A stretch of DNA of 64,000 nucleotides from Promethearchaeota archaeon (GTDB lineage Archaea > Asgardarchaeota > Lokiarchaeia > Sigyniarchaeales > SOKP01), in NCBI GenBank assembly GCA_048937405.1, contig JBHLNF010000005.1, positions 64,001 to 128,000 of the forward strand, in the 5' to 3' direction. Below are positions 38,205 to 48,444 of the stretch, piece after piece; the stretch's first letter is position 1; the number at the start of each line of letters is the position of its first letter. A program made the position numbers and the translations under genes. The notes under the pieces were generated by a model, which was given only the letters and a program-made list of their open reading frames with translations, searched no databases and was not told where the DNA came from.

Positions 38205-39248
38205 GTGAAAAAGATACTTATAACAGGAGCAAATGGTTTTCTAGGCTCTCATCTAACTGATTTTTATATTATGAAAGGTAATAAAGTATATGGAATTGAT
38301 CTTCCTAATTGTAATTTACATAATTTATCTCATTTTACAAATGAAAAAGTCCAATTTTTTCCCAAAGAAAAAGTAAATTTTTTGGGTAATTCAATTCAGA
38401 TTCCAACCTCAAATGAAAATTTTACATTTTTAGAATGTGATTTAAATAATAGCAATTTATTAGAAAGAATAATTAAAGAAACTGAGCCAAATTATTTATT
38501 TCATTTCGGTGCGCAACCACTTGTTATACCATCTTGGGAAGATCCCGTAGGAACTATAAAAACTAATGTTATTGGAACAATAAATATATTTGAAATTATT
38601 AAAAAATACAAAATGAATACAAGAGTAATCACAGCTTGTACTAGTGCGGAATATGGAACAACAACATCACTAAATAGGCCATTAAAGGAATCAGATCCAT
38701 TAATGGCTATTCATCCTTATGGAATTAGTAAAGTTGCGTCTGAATTACTTTCTAGACAATATTATATAAATTTTGGAATTGAAGCAATAAATATCAGATT
38801 TTTTAATCAAACAGGTCCTAGAAAAAAGGGAGATGCATGTGCGGATTTTACTAGTAAAGTTGCTAAAATTGAATGTAATAAGTCCCCTCCCATAATTGAA
38901 GTTGGGAATCTAAATCCGTATCGAGATTTTACAGGAATAAAAGATTCACTTAAAGCTATATGGTTAGTGGCTACAAAAGGAACACCAGGAGAAACATATA
39001 ATGTATGTTCTAACAAAAAGATTCAAATTAGGCAACTTTTGAATATTACTTTAAGTTTTTCATCAAAGAAAATAGAAGTACGAGAGAATTCTCCTCAAAA
39101 ATTAAGAAGAACAGATGAAGATATTATTCTTGGAGATAATTCAAAAATAAAAAGAGAGTTAGGGTGGGATGTTTCTATTCCTATTGAGGACACTCTAAAG
39201 GATATGTATAACTATTGGTTAGAATATTATTCAAAAAGTAAGGATTAG
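38205..39248 (+). CDS. GDP-mannose/GDP-heptose dehydratase or reductase family (Gmd/Rmd/DmhA-like)
   Basis: ITGANGFLGSHL, AQ..V.PSWEDP, SAEYG, PYGISK, RFFNQTGPR, VGNL; GTG start at 38205. Confidence 0.8.
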   Translation: MKKILITGANGFLGSHLTDFYIMKGNKVYGIDLPNCNLHNLSHFTNEKVQFFPKEKVNFLGNSIQIPTSNENFTFLECDLNNSNLLERIIKETEPNYLFHFGAQPLVIPSWEDPVGTIKTNVIGTINIFEIIKKYKMNTRVITACTSAEYGTTTSLNRPLKESDPLMAIHPYGISKVASELLSRQYYINFGIEAINIRFFNQTGPRKKGDACADFTSKVAKIECNKSPPIIEVGNLNPYRDFTGIKDSLKAIWLVATKGTPGETYNVCSNKKIQIRQLLNITLSFSSKKIEVRENSPQKLRRTDEDIILGDNSKIKRELGWDVSIPIEDTLKDMYNYWLEYYSKSKD

Positions 39249-39288
39249 GATTCTAACGAAAAAATAAAATTATAATAAATAAAATATG

Positions 39289-42200
39289 CTATTTTTTGTT
39301 AAAACTAAATGAAATTACTTTAATTTCATTTTCATTTAAGTTAGAAACGCAATGTGGACATTTTACATCTGTTTTTTTCTTTAATTTTGAAATTACATTA
39401 TCTTTTAAAGCTGCAGAACACTTTTTATTTGGACAAATGTTTAATTTTCCATAAATTTTACCTTTTTCTTCTGAAAGGTCCTTATAACTGATTTCAAGGT
39501 TATCAATATTTATCTTATCTATAATGATATTTTTGTATAATTCAAGAAAATTCTTTAAATACTCCGATTTTGTTCCAATCTTCAGTGATATCTTTTCTTC
39601 TATTTTAAATCCATTTTTTTTACGAATAAATTGAATATTTCTAAGTAAATCATTAATTACTCTTTCAGCTAATAATTCATCATCAACAGACTTATCTAAA
39701 TAAACATTAAAATACTTTGATTCCGCTTTAATTAAATTTTCCGATGCTTTTACAGATTGTACAATTTCTAATTCTTTTACATTTCCAACTTTTTTAATAA
39801 TCTCAGGAAATTCTATTTTTGGCATATCTTTTTTAGTCTCAATAATAATCTTTTTATTCGGCCATCTTAATCTTATTCTATTTTCATCTTTAATAGCTCT
39901 AATTATTTCAATTAATTCACGTGTAAAATGCATTTGGTCTTCTAAATCTAAATGAATCATTGTCTCATCATAAACAGGCCAATTTTGTAAATGTATACTT
40001 TTTGTTTCTTCAAAACCTATTGATTTTAAATTTGATTTAAACATTTTAAGGAAAATCTCTTCACTAATCATCGGATTAATAGGTGCCAATAGCAATACAA
40101 CTTTATAGAGGATTTGGTAGAGAACAGCCATAATCTGAAGCTTATTAGGATCTTCAGAATAAACATCAAGCTTCTCTCTATTTAACATTATGTACCACCT
40201 GCTTATATCATTTACAATAAAATCTCTGATTTCACCTGTTATCCACGGAAGTTGATATTCATCTGACAATTCTGTGATTTTTTTAATTGTAGAATTTAAT
40301 CTTGAAATTATCCAATTATCTAATTTACTTATCTTTTTTATGTCATATTTAACCTTCGAAGGATCAAATCCTCCTAAATTAAATTTTTCGTTTGCATATA
40401 CATAAACATTCCAAATTGTATTTAATATTTTATAAGTATCAGTATATTCCTTTAGATTGAAATTGAAATCTCGACCTGGTTGAGTAACACCTAAACAGTA
40501 GAATCTAAATGTTTCAGCGCCTTTAATGTTTGATAATGATTTATTTTGTTTTAATTCTATGACATTACCATCAATAAGATCTTCAGGATTTATAGCTGTA
40601 CCTTTTGATTTGCTCATTTTAGCCTTTTCCATTAATACCCATCCATGCATGTAGCAGGCATTATAATTCTTGCGACCTGATGATACCATTGCACTATTTA
40701 ATAAGCTATTAAACCATCCTCTAATCTGATCTTTTCCTTCTAATATAAAATCTGCTGGAACCCACGTATCATAATGACTTTTACCATCATAAATTTCTTG
40801 AGCGGCCCACATTACTGAACCAGAATCCAGCCACACATCTAAAATATCAGGTATCCTTTTCTTTGTACCTTTATTACAATCTCTACATTTCCATGTAACT
40901 TGATCAATCCAAGGTCTATGCAAATCTTCAGGACATTCCCCCGCAATTTCTTTTAATTCATCTGCAGAACCTATTACTGTAATATTTCCACATTTTTCAT
41001 TATCACAAATCCATACACTCAACGGAATACCCCAAAAACGTTGTCTTGAAATACACCAGTCCTTTAACGTATTTAACCAACTTTTAAACCATCTATTACC
41101 CGCCCAATCAGGAATCCAATATATCTCTTCATTTTCTTTTAATAATTTGGGAATTAAACTTTCAGTTTTAAAAAACCATTGATTAGTAGCTCTATATACA
41201 AGTTTAGAATCACACCTCCAACAGTGAGCATATTCATGTTCAATTTCACTAGTCAATATGAGTGTACCTTTTTTTTCTAATAAATTCAATATTTCTTGAT
41301 TGGCATCAAAGACAAACTGTCCTTCGAATTTTCCCGCCTCTTTTTTATAAATACCTCTAATATTAACAGGATTGAAAATAGGTATATTATTTGCTACACC
41401 AACTTCAAAATCTTCAGGTCCATGTCCAGGTGCAGTATGTACTAATCCAACACCCTCTGATACGGACACATATTCTTCAGACAGGATTATTGAATGGACT
41501 TTTTCACTCTGTTTTGCTAATTCAAGTTGATAGGGAACTTCTTCTAGTAATGGATGTATATACTTTTTTCCTTCTAATTCTTCACCAATATAGTCTTCTA
41601 CAATTTTGTATTTATATCCTAGTTGTCCTGAAATTAGATGTGTAATTGAATTTTTTGAAAGTATCCAAAATTCTTTTAAATCTTCAATATATACCTTAGC
41701 ATACTCCGCAATCGGATTGACCATTATAGCAGAATTTGCAACTAATGTCCAAGGAGTAGTAGTCCAAATTATGAAATATGTGTCATCAATATCGACTGAT
41801 TTAATTTTTAAGAATAAACTAGTATCCTTTATGTTTTTATATTCATGTTCATGTTTGGCTAAAGCAGTGGCACACCGAGGACAACAATTTAAAGGTCTAT
41901 AAAATTGATAGAGTAATTTATTTTCCCAAGCTTTTTTCAAAGTCCACCAAATTCCCTCAACATAGCTATTTTTAAATGTAATATAAGGTTTTTCCCAATC
42001 CCAAAAAAAACAACCTAATCTTTTAAATTGGTCATTCATAATTGCGAGGTTTTTCAAAGCGAATTCTTTACAATTCTTAATGAATTTATCCATACCGTAT
42101 TCTTGAATCTCTTGCTTATTTTTAATACCTAATTCCTTTTCCATTTGAACTTCAATTGGTAATCCATGAGTGTCATATCCCGGAGTGTCTGATACTTTAA

Positions 42201-42435
42201 ATCCTCTCATACGCTTATACTTTATTAAATAATCTTTTAAAACTTTATTCCAGGCGGTTCCTAGATGGATTGAACCTGTGGTATAGGGAGGGCCATCAAT
42301 AAACCTCCAAAGTTTTTTTCCTTCTTCTTTATTCTTTATCAATGAATAAATATTCTGTTCCTTCCAAAAATCCAATATTTTTTCTTCTATTGCTAATAAA
42401 TTCAATTTTTTATCTAAAATTTCCACAAAAACCAT
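39289..42435 (-). CDS. ileS: isoleucine--tRNA ligase (archaeal/eukaryotic type)
   Basis: DGPPY..G.IHLG, DTHGLPIE, WTTTPWTL, DWCISRQRFWG, EGKDQIRGWF, KMSKS. Confidence 0.96.
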   Translation of the reverse strand: MVFVEILDKKLNLLAIEEKILDFWKEQNIYSLIKNKEEGKKLWRFIDGPPYTTGSIHLGTAWNKVLKDYLIKYKRMRGFKVSDTPGYDTHGLPIEVQMEKELGIKNKQEIQEYGMDKFIKNCKEFALKNLAIMNDQFKRLGCFFWDWEKPYITFKNSYVEGIWWTLKKAWENKLLYQFYRPLNCCPRCATALAKHEHEYKNIKDTSLFLKIKSVDIDDTYFIIWTTTPWTLVANSAIMVNPIAEYAKVYIEDLKEFWILSKNSITHLISGQLGYKYKIVEDYIGEELEGKKYIHPLLEEVPYQLELAKQSEKVHSIILSEEYVSVSEGVGLVHTAPGHGPEDFEVGVANNIPIFNPVNIRGIYKKEAGKFEGQFVFDANQEILNLLEKKGTLILTSEIEHEYAHCWRCDSKLVYRATNQWFFKTESLIPKLLKENEEIYWIPDWAGNRWFKSWLNTLKDWCISRQRFWGIPLSVWICDNEKCGNITVIGSADELKEIAGECPEDLHRPWIDQVTWKCRDCNKGTKKRIPDILDVWLDSGSVMWAAQEIYDGKSHYDTWVPADFILEGKDQIRGWFNSLLNSAMVSSGRKNYNACYMHGWVLMEKAKMSKSKGTAINPEDLIDGNVIELKQNKSLSNIKGAETFRFYCLGVTQPGRDFNFNLKEYTDTYKILNTIWNVYVYANEKFNLGGFDPSKVKYDIKKISKLDNWIISRLNSTIKKITELSDEYQLPWITGEIRDFIVNDISRWYIMLNREKLDVYSEDPNKLQIMAVLYQILYKVVLLLAPINPMISEEIFLKMFKSNLKSIGFEETKSIHLQNWPVYDETMIHLDLEDQMHFTRELIEIIRAIKDENRIRLRWPNKKIIIETKKDMPKIEFPEIIKKVGNVKELEIVQSVKASENLIKAESKYFNVYLDKSVDDELLAERVINDLLRNIQFIRKKNGFKIEEKISLKIGTKSEYLKNFLELYKNIIIDKINIDNLEISYKDLSEEKGKIYGKLNICPNKKCSAALKDNVISKLKKKTDVKCPHCVSNLNENEIKVISFSFNKK

Positions 42436-43147
42436 CTAGCATAAATGTGAATGTTTAGTAAAGGAAGTTAAAATTAAAAAATTTAATTAATTCCTGTAAA
42501 AACTCATATATAGGTTCTTTTAATTTGAAAATCTTATAATATAGGGTTCTATCTTTAAATTGGGTATTTTATCATCTTAGAAAAACCTTAAAAATAATCC
42601 TTTTTAGATAAATTATAATTTTTTAAATTTTAATATTTTTTAAAAATAAAAACACTATTAAAAAATCTTTTTTATTTTGGACTTTTTTTATTTTAAATTA
42701 TACTTTTAGTTATAAAACCATATATTCGATATTAATTTCTACTATTTGATGACTTTGCATCAGTTCCAGAATATTTTTAATATTGGCCTCAGATCAAATA
42801 TTAAAAGAGTTATGTCTTAACAATTTTCATGCTTTTTCAGGATATATAATAACTCAAACTTCATCTTATTAACAATTTTATATTTATTAATTAATTTGCT
42901 TGAAAGTTATATTAAAGATTTGTTTATGGGTATTTTAGATTTTAAAATCAGATTAAATGATATATAAAGACTTACAGAAAACTCTTAAATTAACTTATTT
43001 TGATTCAACAGGTATTTTCATTCAATCGAATTAAAAATAGTTATTTTGTAATTTGGTTGGATTTTATTTTGCTACATATTAAAATTATGATATTTGTTTT
43101 CATATCTCAATAGATTGCTTAATAATAGGTAATTTTTAATACTTATT

Positions 43148-45109
43148 TTGATTAATTTTTCTAACATGACCATGGTTCTCTCACTTATTACTACATATCT
43201 TATTTTTATTTTATTTTCATTAATGATTTCATTATTGGGGGGAATATTCATATATATTTTCCAAAAGTATAATAGAAAGAGATGGAATTTAACATTACTT
43301 GAATATTTTTTTATTTCTTATGCTATTGGGATATTAACATATATTATCATAGCATATTTTCTTAATATAATTAAATGTTTTAATTTTTTCACAGCCTATT
43401 TACCCTTTCTAATAATTTCGATTGGATTTTTACTATATTTATATAGAAAGAAGAGGGTTCAGCATATTTCAATTCGAATTAGGCAATATATAAATTCCAA
43501 TTTTAAAAATATTATAATTTATATCATAATTTTATTTATCATTTATCTACTCCAATTTTTTGTGTTTTGGCCTGAAACTAATAAAAGCAATTCACTTTTT
43601 TCTAGAGATCCTTATTATTGGACTAGCCAGATTCTTTATCTTAATAAGAATGGTATAATAAACTACTCAGAAATCAGCTCAGACTATCCATGGGGTTTTA
43701 TTTTTTTTTGTGGAGGAAACTTACTAATTTCAAATAACTTCACTTCTACATACTATTTTATGAAATTTGCATGTTTTCCTTTTTTAAATTTCTATATTTT
43801 GGTAATGTTCTCAATTTCTAGAAGAATTTTTAAACAACATAGCTTAATTTTTTCCAGCTCACTTTTAGTTTTAACCCAAATTTTCTTTGTTTTCAGAACA
43901 ATGATGTTTATCTCATCATCTATATCGATTTTATTGATTTTGATTTCACTATTGATGATTCTAACAAAAGTTCCAAACTATTTTCTAAGTATAATTATAG
44001 CTGGGACTTTTTTATTCAACCCTGTTTATTCCTTCTTTTTCATATTAATTGTTTTGATTTTTTATTGTACAAAGTTCATATTTTCAAAGCTGGGAAAACC
44101 GTTAATATTAAAAGAAGCATTTATACTTGGAATTTTTTCAATAATATTTATTATTCCTTATATTATTAACGCATATTTCTTTTATGATTTGAATTTTGTT
44201 ATTTTATTCGAGAAATTCTCAAGTTCTCTCGAAATTAGTAATTTCAATGAATCTCTCACCATAAAAAACATTGCTCCGAGTTTAAGGTCTGTTTTATTTT
44301 TGTTAAGTTTATTCAATACCAGTATTATCAACAGTGAATTAATTCTTTATATTGTATTTATTTTAATTTTACCTAGTTTTGGTCTCGTCTTTTACAAAGG
44401 ATTTAAGGGTAGATGTTATAAAGATTTTCTTATTTTCGTAAAAGTCGGATTCTTATTAACAATATTTGTCTTATTGTCACCTTTATTTTTAAATAATATA
44501 ATGTTTTTTGAGAAATACTATATAAGAGTATTGGAAGCTTTTATTCCATTTTTAATAATTCTTTTTGGGATTTTTTGTGAATATGTTATTATAGAATCAA
44601 ATAAATTATGGCATTATATTAAGCTTAAGTATCGAAAAATTAAGTATTGGTCTGAAAAGAATGAATTTAATAGAAAAGTTTTGAATATCCCATTCATTAT
44701 GATGATCTTAACATTATTACCATCTTTCTTAGCCTATAATTATAGCAGAACTCATATAGTCACACACTATTATTATGATGATTCAATAGTTGATTGCGTA
44801 TTTTATATAAATAATAATATTGATGAAGAATCTAATGTTGCAGTATATTTTTATAATGATTCCTCTCTCCATCCAAGTGCAATATACTATTTACTAGATA
44901 ATTATAATTTATTTTATTATCAATTTGATACAAATTTAACCTTAGTTAACTTTTGGGATTTTCTTAATAATAATTCAATTACATTCTTCATTATTAATTT
45001 GAATTTATATAACCAAGATTTTATAGATGATTTTTTTTCAAATAGTTCTTTCAATAAATTAATAGGAAGCCAGAAAATCTCAGATTTTTCTTTATATGGT
45101 GTTATTTAA
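43148..45109 (+). CDS. polytopic membrane protein, GT-C/STT3-like glycosyltransferase candidate
   Basis: more than 10 hydrophobic helices, loop RDPYYW...YPWG, C-terminal soluble domain starting at YINNN..EESNVAV. Confidence 0.55.
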   Translation: MINFSNMTMVLSLITTYLIFILFSLMISLLGGIFIYIFQKYNRKRWNLTLLEYFFISYAIGILTYIIIAYFLNIIKCFNFFTAYLPFLIISIGFLLYLYRKKRVQHISIRIRQYINSNFKNIIIYIIILFIIYLLQFFVFWPETNKSNSLFSRDPYYWTSQILYLNKNGIINYSEISSDYPWGFIFFCGGNLLISNNFTSTYYFMKFACFPFLNFYILVMFSISRRIFKQHSLIFSSSLLVLTQIFFVFRTMMFISSSISILLILISLLMILTKVPNYFLSIIIAGTFLFNPVYSFFFILIVLIFYCTKFIFSKLGKPLILKEAFILGIFSIIFIIPYIINAYFFYDLNFVILFEKFSSSLEISNFNESLTIKNIAPSLRSVLFLLSLFNTSIINSELILYIVFILILPSFGLVFYKGFKGRCYKDFLIFVKVGFLLTIFVLLSPLFLNNIMFFEKYYIRVLEAFIPFLIILFGIFCEYVIIESNKLWHYIKLKYRKIKYWSEKNEFNRKVLNIPFIMMILTLLPSFLAYNYSRTHIVTHYYYDDSIVDCVFYINNNIDEESNVAVYFYNDSSLHPSAIYYLLDNYNLFYYQFDTNLTLVNFWDFLNNNSITFFIINLNLYNQDFIDDFFSNSSFNKLIGSQKISDFSLYGVI

Positions 45110-45396
45110 TAAAACCAATTTTAAAATTAGTAATGATACTAAATAAAATTGTGAAACAATAAGACTTTTTCACATAATAATCACTCATTTTATCCTTAAA
45201 TTGTCTAATAAATATTATGTAGATTACTCCTCTTACATATGGCAAGATATTGTTTGATTTCATCCTATAATAAAATATAATGATTTGAATTCTATGATTT
45301 GAAATCTTGATATCTTGTGTTTTATATGGAAAACTTACAATTTTAACCCTTTTTGTAAATTGTATTAATTTAGTTATTCTTTATTTTGATTCAAAA

Positions 45397-47079
45397 TCAC
45401 CTTAAACAGAAGCCACATTTACCAAATGACTTAATAGTTTGCTCCCAACAGTGATTATGATATGCTCTGTTACAATGTGGGCATTCCGCATGACAATTTT
45501 CTTCACCAGCAATTTTTCTAGAACAGATTGGACATTCTATTTTATGACAAATTACACACGATATAACTGAAACTTCAAAAATTTTCTTAGATATTAAATT
45601 GAATAAATCTACAAGATAACTAAACGGTGTCCATTCATTAAAAAAGTCATTAAAAGAAGCATGCAAATCACTTTTAATTTTTTCATGTGCTTCAAGCTCG
45701 AATTCATTTATCACCTTTACCTCGGGCATTTTCATAGGGTAATCGAGTGGTAATTTAATTTGAAATTCAAACATAAGATCTTCAGTTTTCATTTTCCCTT
45801 TCATTTCTAAGTATAAAGTTGCTGTAGAGGATTCATATTTTATATTTTTATAATGATCTTTTAATAAATCAATTTCAAAATTAATCCTTGAATTTTTGTC
45901 AACTAACCAAGATATTTCTCTTATAATTTCAACAGGCTCTGAATAATTTTCTTTCCAATTCTTATAAGCTTTTAATTCGTTTATGGGGATCAAAATAATA
46001 TCTTGCAATTCAGAGGATAATTTAAGATTAGGTAATTTTGGATAAGTATTTAAATCAATTGCCAGCGTGTATTCCTTGAATCCATATGTTAACAAATGAA
46101 CTTTTAATGAGGATAAACGTTCCGAGACATTTTCACATCTATATTCTCCAGATATTTTCTTTAACTGTAGTTCAATATCTTTTATAAAAAATAGTTTTTT
46201 CTCCAATTCATGTAAAATATCTATTATGTGCAGAGGACTTTTAGCATTCCAATTAATTAAAGCATCTAATGTTATATTAGGTTCTCCAAAAATATTCTCA
46301 AGTTCTTTAGGAAAAGTTATAATTGGCTTTTTCGGATAATTCATAAAATCAATTGAAATTATAAAAGTTTTTGAGAGAGTAATTGTAATATACACATTGA
46401 CAACAGCTTCTTTGATACTTGGCTGGTCATAGGTGTATTCTTGTTGAATTAAACCTAATTCAGTATTGATAATTACACTTATTTGTTCACTTCCTTCTAT
46501 AATAGATTCTTGAATTGGCATAATAGATTCCTTATTAGAATTTTTAATATAGGATGTATTTATTTCTTCTGATTTATTATCATATGGCTTTTCATTATAA
46601 AAGGGATTATCTGGAGTGTCTGTTGAAGGAAGATAGTCCTCATCTTGAAAATCTGGGGGGTAGATATTTAAATCGGGAGTAATATATTCTTCATTTTCAA
46701 AAGAACTATCGATGCTTTCTTGGTCGTCTACAGAAATCAATGATTTTTCGAACATATCCTTTGGTTGTGTTAAATTATCTTTGATTTTTCTTTTAAGCTC
46801 ATGAATAATATCTACCACATTAGATTCTGGTGTCCAGTTAATAAGATTATTTAACTGAAAAGATCCTAATAATTCTTCAATCGCATTATGATATCTAATT
46901 TGAGGAGGTGTGTTTGGAAAATTTTCGTCAAATTCTATTTCTAATTCATATTTTTTATCTCCAGATTCATATACATAGCCATATAGATGAGCTATATTTC
47001 CCGAAACCATCCAAAATGAAAAATATTTTGCAATTCGCTGAGCTTCTTTTAAAATTCTCTGTTTATCCATGGTGATCAT
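45397..47079 (-). CDS. tandem E2-like (UEV/RWD) x4 plus C4HC3 RING protein; putative E3 ligase
   Basis: four roughly 100-aa repeats, each with (F/Y)P..(.)P and a downstream Trp followed by a helix; C-terminal CPIC..CPHC....H..CW...CGFC. Confidence 0.75.
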   Translation of the reverse strand: MITMDKQRILKEAQRIAKYFSFWMVSGNIAHLYGYVYESGDKKYELEIEFDENFPNTPPQIRYHNAIEELLGSFQLNNLINWTPESNVVDIIHELKRKIKDNLTQPKDMFEKSLISVDDQESIDSSFENEEYITPDLNIYPPDFQDEDYLPSTDTPDNPFYNEKPYDNKSEEINTSYIKNSNKESIMPIQESIIEGSEQISVIINTELGLIQQEYTYDQPSIKEAVVNVYITITLSKTFIISIDFMNYPKKPIITFPKELENIFGEPNITLDALINWNAKSPLHIIDILHELEKKLFFIKDIELQLKKISGEYRCENVSERLSSLKVHLLTYGFKEYTLAIDLNTYPKLPNLKLSSELQDIILIPINELKAYKNWKENYSEPVEIIREISWLVDKNSRINFEIDLLKDHYKNIKYESSTATLYLEMKGKMKTEDLMFEFQIKLPLDYPMKMPEVKVINEFELEAHEKIKSDLHASFNDFFNEWTPFSYLVDLFNLISKKIFEVSVISCVICHKIECPICSRKIAGEENCHAECPHCNRAYHNHCWEQTIKSFGKCGFCLR

Positions 47080-47419
47080 ATTGAAAAATTCTTTTGTTTC
47101 TTTCTATTATAAAAGATAGACTTTTTTCTTAAAAATATTTACAAAATTTCCTAAATATAATATAACATAAAGTTAGGATTAATATTTGCTTCGAATGTAA
47201 AAATAAGACAAAAAAAAAATTATAAAAAATGTTAAATGAATTTTTTTCTCTATTCTAAAAATCAATTTAGCTAAGCTTATAAGGTTTTTTTAATAATAAT
47301 GGGAAAATCTATTAATTCCTTTTACGAATATTTAATTTTCAATTTATTTTTATTTTATTTATCTTATTAGAAATTTTTAAAAAAAAATTTTGTAGAATAA
47401 AACTTCCAAAGTGATTTAA

Positions 47420-48430
47420 GTTCTAGATCCTGTAATATCAATCATATTTCCATTATACAATGGAGCTAAATTTCTTAAAAAAAATCTCGATTCTATAAAA
47501 TTATTGAAGAATTTGAATGAAATTGAGCTTGTTATAGTTGATAATAAGTCAAAAGATTCAAGTATTGATATTATCGAATCTTATGAAAAAGAGATTAATA
47601 TCAAATTAATTAAAAATGATATTAATAAAGGTTTTGCTGAAGCGTGTAATACTGCTGCAAAGATTTCTAAAGGTAAATACATTTTTATTACAAATCAGGA
47701 TGTAATTTTTCCTTCAGATATTTTTATAAGATTAAAAAAAATTTATAATAATTTAAAAAATGATCTTGAAATTGTTATTTCTCCAGCATTAATTTTTGAA
47801 AATGGTACAATTCATTATTTTGGAGCAAAAATTCATTTTCTTGGATTCTCCTATACTCCAGAATTAGGAGAAAAATTACCTAAAAAAAGAATTATAAAAA
47901 AAACAGAACGATTCTCAGGGGGTGGTTCATTTATGAAAAAAGATTTTTTTTTAGAAATGGGGGGATTTGATGAATCTTTTTTTATGTATTATGAAGATAC
48001 AGATTTATCACTGAAAATGTTAAGAATTGGACATAAAATATATACTACAAATGATACATTTTTAATTCATCAAAAAAATTATCAGACTTTAAATGATAGT
48101 CAATATTTTTTCCTTGAACGAAACCGATTTATTGTATTAGTAAAAAATTTTGATAATATTCGAAAATTGATACCATTCATCATTATTATTGAAATAATCC
48201 TATTATTTCATTCGATTTTAATTAGAAAATTTAAATTAAGGATTAAAATTTATATTGATATACTTTCAAAAATTAAATATTTAGAAAATTTAAGGGAAAG
48301 ATCCAAAAAAGAAAGTTCACTTCTTTCATATAAAAATTTGTCAAAAAAATTAGATCCTATCCTACTTTGGAAACTACGGAATGTAAATGGTTTGAGGAGA
48401 TTATTAAAAATATTGAATATAATTCTTTAA
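47420..48430 (+). CDS. glycosyltransferase family 2
   Basis: frame open from 47420: VLDPVISIIFPLYNGA; IVDN.S.D, N.GFA...N, NQD, FFMYYEDTDL; exact start unclear. Confidence 0.85.
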   Translation, partial: VLDPVISIIFPLYNGAKFLKKNLDSIKLLKNLNEIELVIVDNKSKDSSIDIIESYEKEINIKLIKNDINKGFAEACNTAAKISKGKYIFITNQDVIFPSDIFIRLKKIYNNLKNDLEIVISPALIFENGTIHYFGAKIHFLGFSYTPELGEKLPKKRIIKKTERFSGGGSFMKKDFFLEMGGFDESFFMYYEDTDLSLKMLRIGHKIYTTNDTFLIHQKNYQTLNDSQYFFLERNRFIVLVKNFDNIRKLIPFIIIIEIILLFHSILIRKFKLRIKIYIDILSKIKYLENLRERSKKESSLLSYKNLSKKLDPILLWKLRNVNGLRRLLKILNIIL

Positions 48431-48444
48431 AAATTTATGATAAA

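Noticed and set aside
42440-43147. 700-bp AT-rich gap as replication origin or ncRNA
   Set aside because: No ORB-like G-string repeats, no cdc6/orc1 neighbour and no stable stem seen
45397-47079. Active E2 ubiquitin-conjugating enzyme
   Set aside because: No HPN motif and no Cys at the catalytic position in any repeat
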